Source: Podarcis cretensis (Eukaryota). From it: DNA of 64,000 bases. Shown here in pieces: positions 1 through 12,089 of the stretch. Position 1 is the first letter of the stretch, and the number at the start of each line of letters is the position of its first letter. The notes beneath the pieces are model-generated. The model had not been told where the DNA came from, searched no databases, and saw nothing but the letters and a program-made list of their open reading frames with translations. The stretch is from positions 27,032,001-27,096,000 of the forward strand of contig OX638160.1 in NCBI GenBank assembly GCA_951804945.1. The letters run 5' to 3'. The translations under genes and the position numbers were made by a program.

Positions 1-1029
1 ATGCCCCTAAGATGAACAGAGGAAAAGGGAAGAGATAAATGAGTTAGACAACAGTGGCAAAAATGGGGTCTGGAAATTAACATAGTAGCTGGCAAAGAAT
101 GCCTTTTAGTGGAACAGACATGTAAATGGTGAATGTTTGTCACTTCTACAGCCATAGATAATCCAAGATAAACAAAACTCAAATTTTGCACTACGGAATT
201 ATACATTCTTGATCGGAATAAATTATGTCTGCCTAAATTAGACCGAACTCCTCACCTCTTTTGAGCAGGGACACTAAAAATGGTTGATTAGAGATGGCTG
301 CAACTGAATTGGAAAGGAAGCAAAGGCCACTGATTCTTCCCATATAATCAGATCAGCTTTGGGATGGCTTCCTAATATGGTCCTGAATAATCTACTGCAA
401 TGATGCCCAAGGAATAAATAGCACTGGTCCTGGTTTCCCTCCTGCTTCCTTGCACATTTCCTCACCTAATATGGCTACTGCCAACCTTCACATTAAAAAT
501 AAACAGATCACAGGAAAATGAGGCTTTTAAAGCAACATTGATGAAACCATGTTTGGAATGCTTTGGTGTATAATACATATGAAAGCTAGCAGCTGAGTTC
601 GAAGTGAAATTCTACTTGTGTGGGTGTAAGATTGTACTGTAGTGTGGGAATTATTATTGGTAGTAATAACAAATTTATTACTTCTACTGGGTTGCCCCAG
701 CCACTCTGGGTGGTTTCTAACATATCCTTTCTCTTCTCTCTCCCCACCCCTGTCAAGTTGTATCAGAAACAGCCTGGGAGGGGGATTCTGACGGGAATAA
801 TAACCCCACATCCCCTTGAAGAACATGCTTAGCTGGTTATGTCGTGTTTTGGAATTTGGCTGATATTTTGCTGCTTCAGATTTGAGTTTCCAGGTCAGAC
901 TCAAGGTGGATAGTGATAGCCAGGTCTTAAAAGCTGCCTTCTCAAAATGCTGTAGCTGAGACTTTTTAAGAAAACACAGTTTTGAGATCAGGCATCCATT
1001 ATTATGCTTTAGGGGAAAGCTGGACACGC

Positions 1030-1460
1030 AATTCTTAAAAAGAGAGGCAGAGAATATATAGATTGCGCAGCAGCTGGCATATTCAAAAGGGTAAGAGAAA
1101 ACTGATAACCAAGAAGCCTCTGAAGAGATGCAGTGTCCTATTCCAGCATCAGTTCCTTTCCAGAAACGCGCGATGGAGCTGGAGAAAACAACTTGAAATA
1201 CAATCAGAAAGAGGGAGCACCCGGAACAATAGAGTAGGAAGAGCGATCCCTGGGAATTGTAGTCTTTAGAGAGGAAGGTGAAACGAAGAGCATTGCAGGC
1301 GGAGACTACAATCCCAGAAGCCTTTGGGCACACCTGGAAAAGGCAGCCGCTTCCTGAAAAGCCGAGAGTGGGAATCCTTAGCGTCAACAAGAGGGGGAAG
1401 AGAAATTGGATGCTTGAAAATTAAGTCCCTCGAGCGTGGGAAGGGGGTGAGTACGGTGGA
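1030..1460 (+). promoter_or_regulatory. Probable CLDN12 promoter region with two ZNF143/SBS-like motifs
   Basis: Local CpG enrichment; TGGGAATTGTAGTC at 1251-1264 and GACTACAATCCCAGAAGCC at 1304-1322 match the ACTACAnnTCCCA motif; ETS-like CCGGAA and CGCTTCCTG nearby; lies about 4 kb upstream of the CLDN12 coding exon. TSS not determined. Confidence 0.5.
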
Positions 1461-3501
1461 GATAATCTCTCCTTCTGCATTTATTTATATGTGAGCCATT
1501 GCTCCTTCCAGAGAGGCTGGATTTCATTAGAATCATACGTCACTACGGACCGATAAGGTGTAATTTCCATTGAAATAGATGGGATTTACTTCGGCGTAGA
1601 TGTATTTTAACAGCACAGTCCTATGCATATCTGCTCAGAAAGAAGTCTCAGTAAGTTCAATGGGACTTACTCCCAGATAAGTATTAGAATACACCCTAAA
1701 GATTGATGGCATGAACATATAAACACCTGGCGTGAAATATTGCCTTTAAAAATAAATGAATGAATTGGTCCTTCTCTGATACTCTGGTTTGGGGTGAACA
1801 CTCGAACATGGGGCGATCAATAGGAGATTCCGGGCAGCGCAAAGGAAGTGGTTCTTCAAACAACCCATAATTATTTTTTGGGATCTGCTGCAGCTTGCTT
1901 GATACGGCGGTGTCTTCTATCTCAGATTGTTTTAAAAGGGGACCAGAAATATTCATGGAAGAAAAAATTACCAGTGGCTGCTATTCATGATGGCTATATG
2001 CAGCCTTCAGGTTTTTGAGTCAGTACGCCTCACTGGTTGCTGGGAATCACAAAAGGGGAGAGTTCTCATGTCCTGCTTGTGCGATTCATGTGCTTGATCA
2101 CTGTGGACACTCAATTGAACAGACCTTTGTTCTGATCCAGGTCTTCTTACGTTCTTCTCTTTGTGTTTGTATTTCAAATGGTTTGATACTTATTATGCCC
2201 CGAGTCACAGTTTGGCCCACACACTGAGGCTTGCTTGTGAGTTGTTCCATCTCTTTAGTCATCAATAGTAACGCAAGCAAAGTGACTGTCTTTTTATAGT
2301 TTCTGTACAGTGTTTTTAAAGGTTTCAAAACGGTGATTACAATCGGCTTCTCACCTTCCTTGAGTGTGATAACCCATAATTGAAGGTGAAACAGTTCAGA
2401 TGCTGGCCACAGTATAACCAGTATAAACATCACGTTATGTTCAAATACACTTATCACAAGTGTTGACCCAGTTATTAGCACATAAATGAATCAATGCAAG
2501 TCATATGTGGTTCCCTCTACATTCTCAAATTGATCTTGCATCCTTCTAATTATGAACTATGGTGATTAAATCCAAGCTCAGCTTGTAAAGCCTTCCCCAG
2601 CTTTGAAGGGATGGAAAAAACTTAACCTGTTGAATTTCTTCTTGTGTAACTGTTAGAGATGCATGATCCTTGCCAGATAAAGATTGGCAACTGTACTATG
2701 TTTTTACAAGTTAATATTAAGCACTGACTTTTCATATTTAAGGTTAGATCTTACATGTAGAGGGTAGCAGGTGGTACCAAATGCACAATTAAGTGCACGT
2801 CTGCAGTGCATATATACAACACTCCACGCAGTCAGGAATGCTGAAGAAATATGGTTTCTGATCACCTGGAGTGTTGCCTACATGTGTATGAGAAGCACAA
2901 CATAGACGTGAATTTGAGCACCTCGGGTGAAGTCTGCAGCCTCCCTTTGTACATAAATGACTTGCACATGCAGAAGATCCGAGCCAGGCTTGTATCTCAT
3001 AAAAAAAGTATTACTCATCTGTACAACACTTTTGGGTGCAGAGTGTTCTGCAATACTGTCATGTGCCCTTAGGATAGGTATTGAGGAGCAAAGGTAGAAA
3101 AATAGCAAAACTTTTCTCTTTTGACGACTCCTAGGAAGAAATGTAACACTGTCATAGTTTGGGAAGAGTTGAGTATGAAGATGTGTTGATGGAACTCCTT
3201 CCTACAAGCTTAGCACTTTTGGAGGTCAACTATTACTGAATATTCCCCTGTGTAAAAAACTGGTATTGTGCATTAAGGGGAGCTTTTGATCTTGGGAAGC
3301 TGGCTCCAGCCAAGTTAACTCTGAGGAATTCATCTTGACCCCTGTTCCTTCTGTCCCATCTGTATAGCAGTGATTCACTCCTACAAGTTAATTGTGACGA
3401 TAATGAAGTGTTTTGAAGTGCTTTATATAAGTGAAGACTAGTTTGTTATATCTGTTGTAGTTGTATTTTCTCCAGAATTAATTTGTTGTTTCCCCCACTA
3501 G

Positions 3502-3568
3502 ATCTATTAGAATTGTTCTACTACTTGCAAGAGTTCTTCTGTTATTCTGGATTTGGTTAAATCTCTTG
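3502..3568 (+). other. CLDN12: Candidate 5'-UTR non-coding exon of CLDN12
   Basis: Pyrimidine-rich tttcccccactAG acceptor (AG 3500-3501) and TTG|GTAAGT donor (GT 3569-3570); 67 nt; mammalian CLDN12 has non-coding upstream exons. Confidence 0.4.
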
Positions 3569-3596
3569 GTAAGTTTGTTTTTCTAAGCCTTTAGAA

Positions 3597-4175
3597 CAGG
3601 GGTTCCCAAACTGGTCTGAGTTTATTAAAAAAAATTTTTTTTTTTTATTTTTCCAATACAAAATTAAAAAAATAAAAATCCAACTACATATCCATATACA
3701 GAGATTTCTCTGAATCTCAGGACTTCCCCCAACCCCTTCCCTGGAGCCCTGATTTAAATATTTAAAACTGCATCTTCTTCCAAACTCTAACTTTTATATC
3801 AATCCATATTGTCCATGGTAATTGTTACACCACAAGTGAAATCTGGTCTGAGTTTCAGTCATGTGGTCTGTGGCCGTCTCTGGATTTCTGACTGAAGATG
3901 GGAGATGACATATCAATCCCCTTAAATATTTGTGGTGATTTTTATTTGTATTGCTCCTTTTATGTTGTATGTATTGTATTTTATTTTTATTACAAGTTGA
4001 ATTCTGTGGAATGCAATAAAATACAAAATATAAAAAAGAAGCAGATACAAATACAATTAAAAATCATACAGCATCTAGCACAATGGCTACACCAGGCAGA
4101 AAAATAATCGTCACCCACCAATACCCTCAGCAAATTTCAAATGGTCCATGAGTGGGAAATGTTTGGGAAACGCTG
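3597..4175. mobile_element. hAT-type non-autonomous DNA transposon containing a nested retroelement fragment
   Basis: Imperfect TIRs CAGGGGTTCCCAAAC / GTTTGGGAAACGCTG; perfect 8-bp TSD CTTTAGAA at 3589-3596 and 4176-4183; a related copy lies at about 62989-63320. Confidence 0.8.
3624..3842 (-). mobile_element. 5'-truncated L1-like 3' end nested in the hAT MITE
   Basis: 13-bp TSD CTGGTCTGAGTTT at 3611-3623 and 3843-3855; poly-T run at the left end (antisense A-tail). Confidence 0.6.
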
Positions 4176-4310
4176 CTTTAGAAAAGAGCGTCTCCCAACA
4201 TGCAACTGAAGGCATATTAAAACATTAATCTCTGATCATACATAATAAGTGCTGGTGTCTGTAAAGACTTATTTTCAGCTTAGATCTTTATCAACTTAAT
4301 TTGATCCTTA

Positions 4311-4456
4311 AAGGTAAAGGTAAAGGTACCCCTGCCCGTACGGACCAGTCTTGACAGACTCTGGGGTTGTGCGCCCATCTCACTTAAGAGGCCAGGGGCC
4401 AGCGCTGTCCGGAGACACTTCCGGGTCACGTGGCCAGCGTGACATCGCTGCTCTGG

Positions 4457-4487
<31 letters not shown>

Positions 4488-4693
4488 CGCACACGGAAAC
4501 GCCGTTTACCTTCCCGCTGGTAAGCGGTCCCTATTTATCTACTTGCACCCGGAGGTGCTTTCGAACTGCTAGGTTGGCAGGCGCTGGGACCGAGCAGCGG
4601 GAGCGCACCCCGCCGCAGGGATTCGAACCGCCGACCTTTCGATCGGCAAGCCCTAGGCGCTGAGGCTTTAACCCACAGCGCCACCTGCGTCCC
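4311..4693 (-). mobile_element. Sauria SINE, young subfamily with internal (GGCTCT)n
   Basis: On the - strand: tRNA-like head GGGACGCAGGTGGCGCTGTGG with B-box GGTTCGAATCC, and (ACCTTT)n tail; 14-bp TSD TAATTTGATCCTTA at 4297-4310 and 4697-4710; near-identical to 27009-27380 and 34598-34960. Confidence 0.93.
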
Positions 4694-5266
4694 TGATAAT
4701 TTGATCCTTATCAGTATGCAAAAGACTCCGTATTATGGTTGCAGGGTCCGTCCCCTCTTCACACACATTATTAAATAAGCATGAAACCTAGCTATAACCT
4801 AACTATAGCTGGATAGTTTGGTGAGAGGCCCAGGGAATGACAAAGAAGGTACACCGGATCTCCTTTGCTATACCAGCTACGCCTGCTGTTTTTTAATTAC
4901 CCACAAGTAGCTGCTGATTCTGAAAAAAAGTATTATTTAATAAGAGTGGCCCATTGGAGCAGAGCCTCCTGCACAACCCAAACGCCAATGTGGATTCTTC
5001 AGAATTCAGTTTAATTTATATTTCAAGACTGTCAGTCATTTCTCCCTCATTATGGTTAAAAAAAGGGGTCGATCAGAATATTTCTTTATTATTTATCTCA
5101 TACAATTTATAGACTCATTTATTATGATTTTTTTAAAAAAACGATCACAGCAGTTTACAAACAGAGTAAAACAATAAAATGATCGTAAAAACAGCTATTC
5201 AGATAATAATTCTTGATGATTTTGTAAAGTTCCCCCCCCCCCCAGGAGGCATTTTTGTTGGCTAAG

Positions 5267-6004
5267 ATGGGTTGCCGTGATGTCCATGCTGCGACAGTCC
5301 TCGCCTTCCTTTCTGGTACAGCTGCCTTATCTGGACTTATTGCCGCGGCTCTGCTGCCTAACTGGAGACAGATGCGACTCTTCACCTATAACAAGAATGA
5401 GAAGAATGTCACCGTGTACACTGGGCTCTGGATTAAGTGTGTTCGCTTTGATGGCAGCAAAGACTGCGTCATCTACGACACCGAGTGGTACACAGCAGTT
5501 GACCAGCTGGATTTACGCGTCCTCCAGTTTGCTCTCCCCATCAGCATGTTAACCACTGTCTTGGCTCTGTTTCTCTGTTTGATCGGCATGTGTAATACCG
5601 CCTTCATAACCACCGTGCCCAACATCAAGCAGGCCAGATGTCTCATAAACAGTGCGGGCTGCCATCTTGTGGCCGGCCTCTTCTTTCTTCTTGCATGTGT
5701 CATTTGCCTGTCGCCATCTATCTGGGTCATCTTTCATAACCAAGAACTGAACAAGAAATACGAACCGGTTTTTTCCTTTGACATCTCCGTGTTTATTGCC
5801 ATTGCCAGTGCAGGAGGCTTATTGTTTACAGCCATCCTCCTATTCCTTTGGTATTGTGCATGCAAAACGCTTCCTTCCCCTTTCTGGCAGCCTCTGTATC
5901 CTCATGCGCCCAGTGTGCATAGTTACGCCTCCCAACCTTATTCTGCACGGTCACGCCACTCTGCCATTGAAATTGACATTCCGGTTGTCACACACGCTTC
6001 CTAA
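5267..6004 (+). CDS. CLDN12: Claudin-12 (245 aa, single coding exon)
   Basis: [12 protein letters not shown]...GLWIKC..FDGSKDC (claudin W-GLW-C-C signature), four hydrophobic segments, C-terminus [14 protein letters not shown] typical of CLDN12. ATG at 5267 in aagATGg context; the upstream TTG start in the ORF track is not used. Acceptor C12-AG at 5244-5245. Confidence 0.98.
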   Translation: MGCRDVHAATVLAFLSGTAALSGLIAAALLPNWRQMRLFTYNKNEKNVTVYTGLWIKCVRFDGSKDCVIYDTEWYTAVDQLDLRVLQFALPISMLTTVLALFLCLIGMCNTAFITTVPNIKQARCLINSAGCHLVAGLFFLLACVICLSPSIWVIFHNQELNKKYEPVFSFDISVFIAIASAGGLLFTAILLFLWYCACKTLPSPFWQPLYPHAPSVHSYASQPYSARSRHSAIEIDIPVVTHAS

Positions 6005-6502
6005 ATGATAAGCTGGAGAAGCCAAGCACCTGCTCGTTCTCTCCTTCGCCAAGGCACTGCAGGTGAAGTGTTTTCCCCATTCCCTCAGAGACATCTAAAA
6101 ATGTTTTACAAGGCTAGGTGGGAAAAATTTGCTATTATAACTTGATAGCTTTTCCGATTTCGCTATCTAGGAATACTGCGGAGATAGGAATGTAGTTAGG
6201 TAAGCGAGCCATAATATTAGAATTCTACTTGTTTTGATATTGAAGCTGTTCACAAGTTTCTAGTTCTCATGAAAACTGGTGGCGTGTGAATTCATAGGTA
6301 AATTAAAGACTGGGAACTTTTTGCTTTTTATATTTTGAACTAGTTTCTTCCATGAATTGTACTACTGGAAAAAAAACATGCCTGCTGGTGTTTATAACCC
6401 AGTGCATGAAACTTTCATTTTTAAGTACTTATTGTCAGTCCAAATTTTTACCTAATTCAAAAATGCCTGGGCTGTAACAATGTTTACCGATAGCCATTTT
6501 GT

Positions 6503-6707
6503 TGTTGTTGTTTTTTGCTTATTTAGAAACATTTGTTTTGTTTAATTATTAAAAGAATCACCTTTAAATAAAAAGAAATATGTATATAAGCAGCATTATT
6601 CAATATAATAAAAACTGAAAGCAAAAAGTGAACATCAGTGATATTTGTGACTTTCCACAAATTTACACCTAATCTAAAACAACCAGAATTTAATAAGATC
6701 ATTCAAA
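6503..6707 (-). mobile_element. Short retroposed (L1-like 3' end) insertion in the presumed CLDN12 3' UTR
   Basis: 14-bp direct repeat GATAGCCATTTTGT at 6489-6502 and 6708-6721; T-rich left end (antisense tail); GACTTCC-like motif shared with the L1-like ends at 3.7 kb and 26.3 kb. Confidence 0.6.
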
Positions 6708-9700
6708 GATAGCCATTTTGTATTTTTGAAAATGACAAACTTAGGGATTTTGATGATTCATTGTAATAATTCCCCCCATTGCAATAGCATAGCCTGCATT
6801 TGCTTTTAGGTTTAGGTGATATTTCTTAAAGGCTACATCTTTCTCTGGACCAGAATCCATTTACAATTAAATTTTACATAGTACAATACCGATAATTCAA
6901 ATAGTCTCGGAATTATCTAAAGCTCATCAAAACTAGAAATCTATATTAATAGGTCCCCTCTGCACTAGACATTTAAAGCAGGATCGGGGTCTCCTAACAA
7001 CTCTCAGCACACTTAACAAACGACAGTTCCCTTCAGGAGGAAGCCATGACTCTTTAAACTGGAGTGATACCTCTTTAAATGGGGCCATAGAATGCTATTA
7101 TATTTTGATATATAGTTATATTGGGCTTTCTGGGTTATTTATTTATAAGAAGGATTTTTGGATAACCAAAATTCCTGTTGCTGTAACTTAAAAAAAATAT
7201 CAGAATTATTTTAAACACTTTATAAGTTCGAATGAAATCTGCTGCACTGTATTCATTGTTTGCTTAGCAATGCCCTTTGAGCTTTAGACTGTGTTACTAA
7301 ATTAGGATTATTTTTATGGTTTGCTGTATTGAAAATGGGCCCCTGAATTAATAGTAACAATAGTGATTTCACAGTATTTTTATATAAATAATTTTGAAAA
7401 TGAGATTATTGTTAGAGGCAGTGTTTGACTTGACTTTTTTAAAGGACTTCTGGTGCTGTAGCTTTTCATGTAGGTCAGACTTCTCCATCTCTGACCTTGG
7501 TCTTTTCCCCTATTCATTAGGAATCAGGTATTTGGCTTGTATTCAGGTAATTTTTTCCCATTTGGTGGTATTTATGCCTTTTGAATAATGAAAAAAAATA
7601 CTAGCAGGTATCAGCTGTCAAGGTTTATTTTAAGTATTCAGAAATTATGGAGCATGTAGTTTGAGCTATTCCTTTTTTAAAAAATCCACAAATGGTTCTG
7701 AACATACTCTGGAAACCAAGACTTTACACATTTGTTTTAGCTGAAGGAAAACCTGGTTTTCTTAGTTTGTTAGGGCTATATATTCTTAAATAGTTAGGCA
7801 AGTCTAAAAATATGGTCAAAACAAAGCACTTATCAACATTCCATTTATAGAGAGAATTTTTCATCTTTCGAACTGGGTGCCTGCAAAAATTCTCTTTTTC
7901 TTTAAGTAGCAGAAGTGTAAGCTGAAGAAAACTCAGGATCTCGTTTTACAATTTGCATTCCTCTAAACCCGGTTTCTGCGATGTGTTCCATACTGATACT
8001 TACTGTGATTAAAATTTTAGGTAGATCAATCCCAAGTCACAGGAGAGTTTTTGTTTTGATTCAAAAAATTCACTGAAACACGGCTACTTTGAAGTCTATG
8101 GGGATTAGGAACAGCAGTGTCCTATTGATTTGTTTACAGGTGAAAATTGAAAGCTTTGATAAGTGCTTTGCAGTTGCACGATGTAAAAATTCACCACATG
8201 TGGTGAATTCAGTTTGCTTCAGACATTCACCGCTCATCTGATTGATGAATTCCCAAAGTATGAGGCAGGCCTTAACTTTTATGTATAGTTGTTGACAGAG
8301 GTATAATATCAATGATGCTAGAAAATGAAATAATTGCATTCCCTTTTCCTTCTCTTTTCAGAGGTTATATATCCACTTGCTTGTTTTGTTGAAGATCCTG
8401 TGATTCTTTCATAGGCATTTTGAAACTTAAAAATGTGCTGTGCAGCTTTCTTTGTTTTCCCTTCCTTCCGATGTACCAGTTCTTGATTTAACATTGATTT
8501 GTGTCCAATGATGTGCAAGTGGAAGGCAGCTTGAAGAACCAAACTTCCTTCCACTGAAGCCCCCTAGACTCTTAAAAAGCCTCTCCAGATGATCAGCATA
8601 GGTTGTGCCACCCAGAATGGCAGTATGAAGGGCAAATTACCTAAAATCAGACACAAGAATCTTGCTCCAGTAGAGCTCCACTGAGTGCAAGATTTCTCTG
8701 TCTGATTTCATATCATTCCTGCTTTCTGCTGCAGTTCTGTGAGATGCACCCCAAATCAACACCTTATGCTGTATCTGAAGTTTCAGTCAGCAAAGGAAGG
8801 GTGGCAGCCTGCACTGTGCATGAATGATGCTGAGAGCTTCAAACGATAGTACTACATGGTTCAGTCATAATTCTATAAGTGGTCCTTTTCTTTTAAAGCC
8901 ATCTGCTACAGGAACTTAGTCTAGATGTTTGTATTTTCAAACTGGTAACTTTTTTTTAGTTTTCTGTTATGTGCTTGCCTTAACATTTTCTTTTTGACTG
9001 GTACTATTGGTGCTACGAGCCAAATGTATTAGCTGTTGTACATCATCCTTTAAAGACAAGGTTACCCCAAAATGCATACCTATTAAAAATTCTGAACCTG
9101 CTTCTGTATGCAAAAGCCCGTGGATTTTATTTTAATTGTAAGCTGTTTCTTGAACTTTGATCTTGTTTAGCTTGTACCAAGAGAAAAATGTGAATTTCAA
9201 TATTTGTTACAGAAAACAATTTTTCCATTTCTGTTCTTGTGTTCTGCATGAATATGTATCCATTTTTTCAGGGTTGCCTAATATAGAATTCTCCTTTTGG
9301 CATTTAGTTATGCTTCGTTATGGTTTACATTTTTTTGTAAAAGAAAGTATGTATTTTTAATTATAAATGGTATTGTGCAACTGTGGCTTATTTCTATAGC
9401 TAGTTTTGAATATTGATCAGTTCAGAGAGCATAAAAGTTCAGAGTTCTCTAGTACAATGGCTGCTTGATTGCCCTCTAAGCAAACTTCAGTAACTTAACT
9501 GTAACCCTATAGACATCTACTGGGAAGTAAGCCTAAATAAGATGAAAGGGATACATGCAGTTAAATGAGTGTAGATTTGTACTACTAAGGAACATATTTA
9601 CAGTGAGGACAAACATTATAAATGAGGTGGCAGTATTCTGAATCCACATTTGCAGTCTTGAAGAGAGATCCCAGGAACTGAAATGTGTAGTCAAACTAAA

Positions 9701-10455
9701 TCCAGCATGTTTGTTGAGCTGTCTCCTTCCATTACTATGGGGGTAAAGATGGGTGGGAGTAGAAGGAATTTGTGGGAAATGATGTGTCTATGGGGGGAAA
9801 TGTTTGGTCTCAAATCTCTAAAGTACACATAGGAACTGGCATCTATGAACCAACAGGGCTATCTCTGCACACAAAGCATGTCCTACTCATTGGTCACTAG
9901 TGTCCAAATAATATACAGTAAGCCCACAACTTACGTGGGCATTCCATTCAGGGAATCGTGCCTAAAGCCAAAACTGTGTACTGTATAGACGAAACACATT
10001 GGGTGCAATGGTGGGTGGGATTTCCAAAGCCTTTCCCCCCTTGGACATCTACCTCCTTTCCACCCTTTATTATTTATGCCGAGCGCTGAATGTGCACAAG
10101 TGCACGTTAAGTTGCAACTTGGAAGTCATACAGTGTTCAGTGGCCTTCAAGTATGCAAGGGATTTCAGCCTTCAAAAAAACTAATAACACTCATGCCACA
10201 TGCATTTCATAAAATTGAAGGATTTATTGTCAATGCTGCAAAGCAGACAAGGGCTCACTGGAAAGGAAAGTGGGGATCCCATTACACGTTTGTACTATAC
10301 TGTAGCTTGAAAAGGGATGGAGAAACTTTCTGAGTCCAAGGACAAACCTTCCCATGTAGACTGACTTCAGAGGCTGCCAAGGCAAAAGAGGGTTGAACAA
10401 TGGATGGGATTCTTTGCTTTGTAGTGTAAGGTATAGTCCAGCCCCACAATGAGAC

Positions 10456-10673
10456 AGGGTGTGGTGTTAATGGTTAGAGCGCTGGATTATGGCCGGAGAG
10501 GCCAGGGTTCAAACCCCGACTCAGACATGATGGCTCACTAGGTGAGCGTGGGCCAGCCACTGACTCTCAGCCTAATCCACCTCACAGGGTTGCTGCGAGG
10601 ATAAAATTGGGAGACACCCACGTGCACCCCCTTGAGTTCCTTAGAGGAAAAGATGGCATATAGATATAATAAA
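10456..10673 (+). mobile_element. tRNA-derived MIR/CORE-like SINE
   Basis: A-box-like TGGTGTTAATGG, B-box GGTTCAAACCC, core-like CTCTCAGCCTAATCCACCTCACAGGGTTG..GAGGATAAAA and A-rich tail; older antisense relatives at about 36140-36290, 55390-55590 and 58620-58790. Confidence 0.7.
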
Positions 10674-11620
10674 CGAAATGCGTCACAGCATTCCGCACAC
10701 GCGCTCCATCGAGCAAGCAAAAAACATGGCAGCTGAAAGATACCGGCCCTGCAAAAAAAGCACTTGAGAAGAGCGCCGGGGAAGGGGCGTGGCCTATTCG
10801 TACTGAGGACCAGATGGACAGGACTTCACAGCCAACCACATTCGCCTGAGCCAGGGCTGGAGAAACTATTCGGCAGGTGCCCTCGGTTATCCAGGACTCG
10901 GAACCCTGTTTGGGAAAGCGGGCGCATGAGGAGGCGGGCAGAAAGGGGCGGGCCTCGGCTTCCGAGGGAGGAGCGCAAAAGCACGGAAGCGGGCGGGACT
11001 CCCAGCTTCACCCTCTCTATAGGTGCCTCAGAGGGAAGTGGGCGGAGCGAGGAAGTCGTGCCCGAGACTGTGCCGTTGCTCGCCCTGAGGCGGCCGGTGG
11101 GAGTGCGCTTGCGCAAGAGAAGGACCGATCTGTTCCTTAAATCACCTGAGGAGGGGAGTGGACGGGGCCGCGCAGGCCCGCCGTGAGGGGAGGAAGATGA
11201 TGGAGCGGGAGACGGCCGCGCGGTCTTGGCAACCGCGGCGGCGGCGGCTCTGGGCCTTCTGCCTGCCGTGCTGCTTCTTGCTGTGGTGCCGCCCAGTGAC
11301 AGGGATGGAGTCCACTGCGTCGCCTTCGCCATCTCCCGCTACGCGTAAGCGAGGAGGCCCTTCTGGGCTGCCCGGGACGGGTCGTGGCGGGTGAGGGGGG
11401 GGGCTCTGCTCTTCATTCCTCCCTGGTCCTGGTCTTGGTTGGAGGCAGGGGCCGGAGCGGCCTCTCCTTGGGCCCTTGGAGGGCCGGGCCGTTTCCCCCG
11501 CTTGTTTCCCCCTCCCCACCCTCACCCCCACGTAGGGCACCTTCAGGTACAAGCCGCGCGTCCCTCTTCCCCTCGCGAGGAAGCCCGACGCCAACTTCCC
11601 TTTCTCTGGCTCAAAGAAGG
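10660..11620 (+). promoter_or_regulatory. CpG-island promoter of the PTTG1IP-family gene
   Basis: Very high GC and CpG density; GC boxes GGGGCGTGGC (about 10784), GGGGCGGG (about 10945) and GGGCGG (about 10991, 11040); ETS-like CGGAAG/AGGAAG; overlaps coding exon 1. Confidence 0.85.
11197..11344 (+). CDS. PTTG1IP2: PTTG1IP/PBF-family protein, exon 1 of 7 (signal peptide; MMERET...SPSPAT)
   Basis: ATG 11197; basic then hydrophobic signal-like stretch; donor ACGC|GTAAGC, phase 1. The symbol rests on position between CLDN12 and CDK14; the sequence itself is canonical PTTG1IP-like. Confidence 0.85.
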
Positions 11621-12089
11621 AACTGTTAGAATGGGCAGGTGTATTATAGTGCCAGTTTCCGGGGACTGAAAGTTCCCCTTCTCGGTCTTGTTTGCACTCA
11701 TCCCAACCTAGATAGCCGTTTTGGACGTATCTGCCCTGTTAACTGCTGCCCCCTGGCCTCGATTCACTCCCCAACTGCCTCCTTTATCATGATGACATCT
11801 CCTCCGACATAACTGACCGCAGGACTTGGAAACCCATTCCCCTTTTTTCAGTGACAAATAAGGGATAATGGCTAATAGTTTAAATAACCCAGAATTGGAT
11901 TGTTGTGGGTGTATTTCCACTTAATTTTGTCTCCTGTTTCCTCCCTTCCTATCTTCCACCCCATGCCAGTACAGCTCAAACTGTGGCTGAAGCTAGCTGA
12001 TTACTTACAGACCACAAGTGAAAAACGAAAAGCTGTAAATCAGAAAGATTATCCTGGGGGCACCAAATAAGTCCTTCATGAGTACCATC

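Noticed and set aside
1-900. Possible last exon of GTPBP10, the expected upstream neighbour
   Set aside because: No GTPBP10-like peptide found in any frame examined.
527-1390. 287-aa minus-strand ORF
   Set aside because: Non-ATG start, no recognisable domain, composition of translated non-coding DNA; overlaps the presumed CLDN12 promoter.
4280-4663. Repeated ORFs with WPEPEPEP / ARARAR / LWLWLW (also near 27.0 kb and 34.6 kb)
   Set aside because: Translations of the Sauria SINE internal hexamer, not a gene family.
4600-4693. tRNA-like A/B boxes (GGTTCGAATCC)
   Set aside because: SINE head attached to a SINE body, tail and TSD; no complete cloverleaf.
10764-11669. Several overlapping 80-170 aa ORFs
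   Set aside because: Stop-poor GC-rich CpG island; only 11197-11344 has a phase-consistent splice partner and homology.
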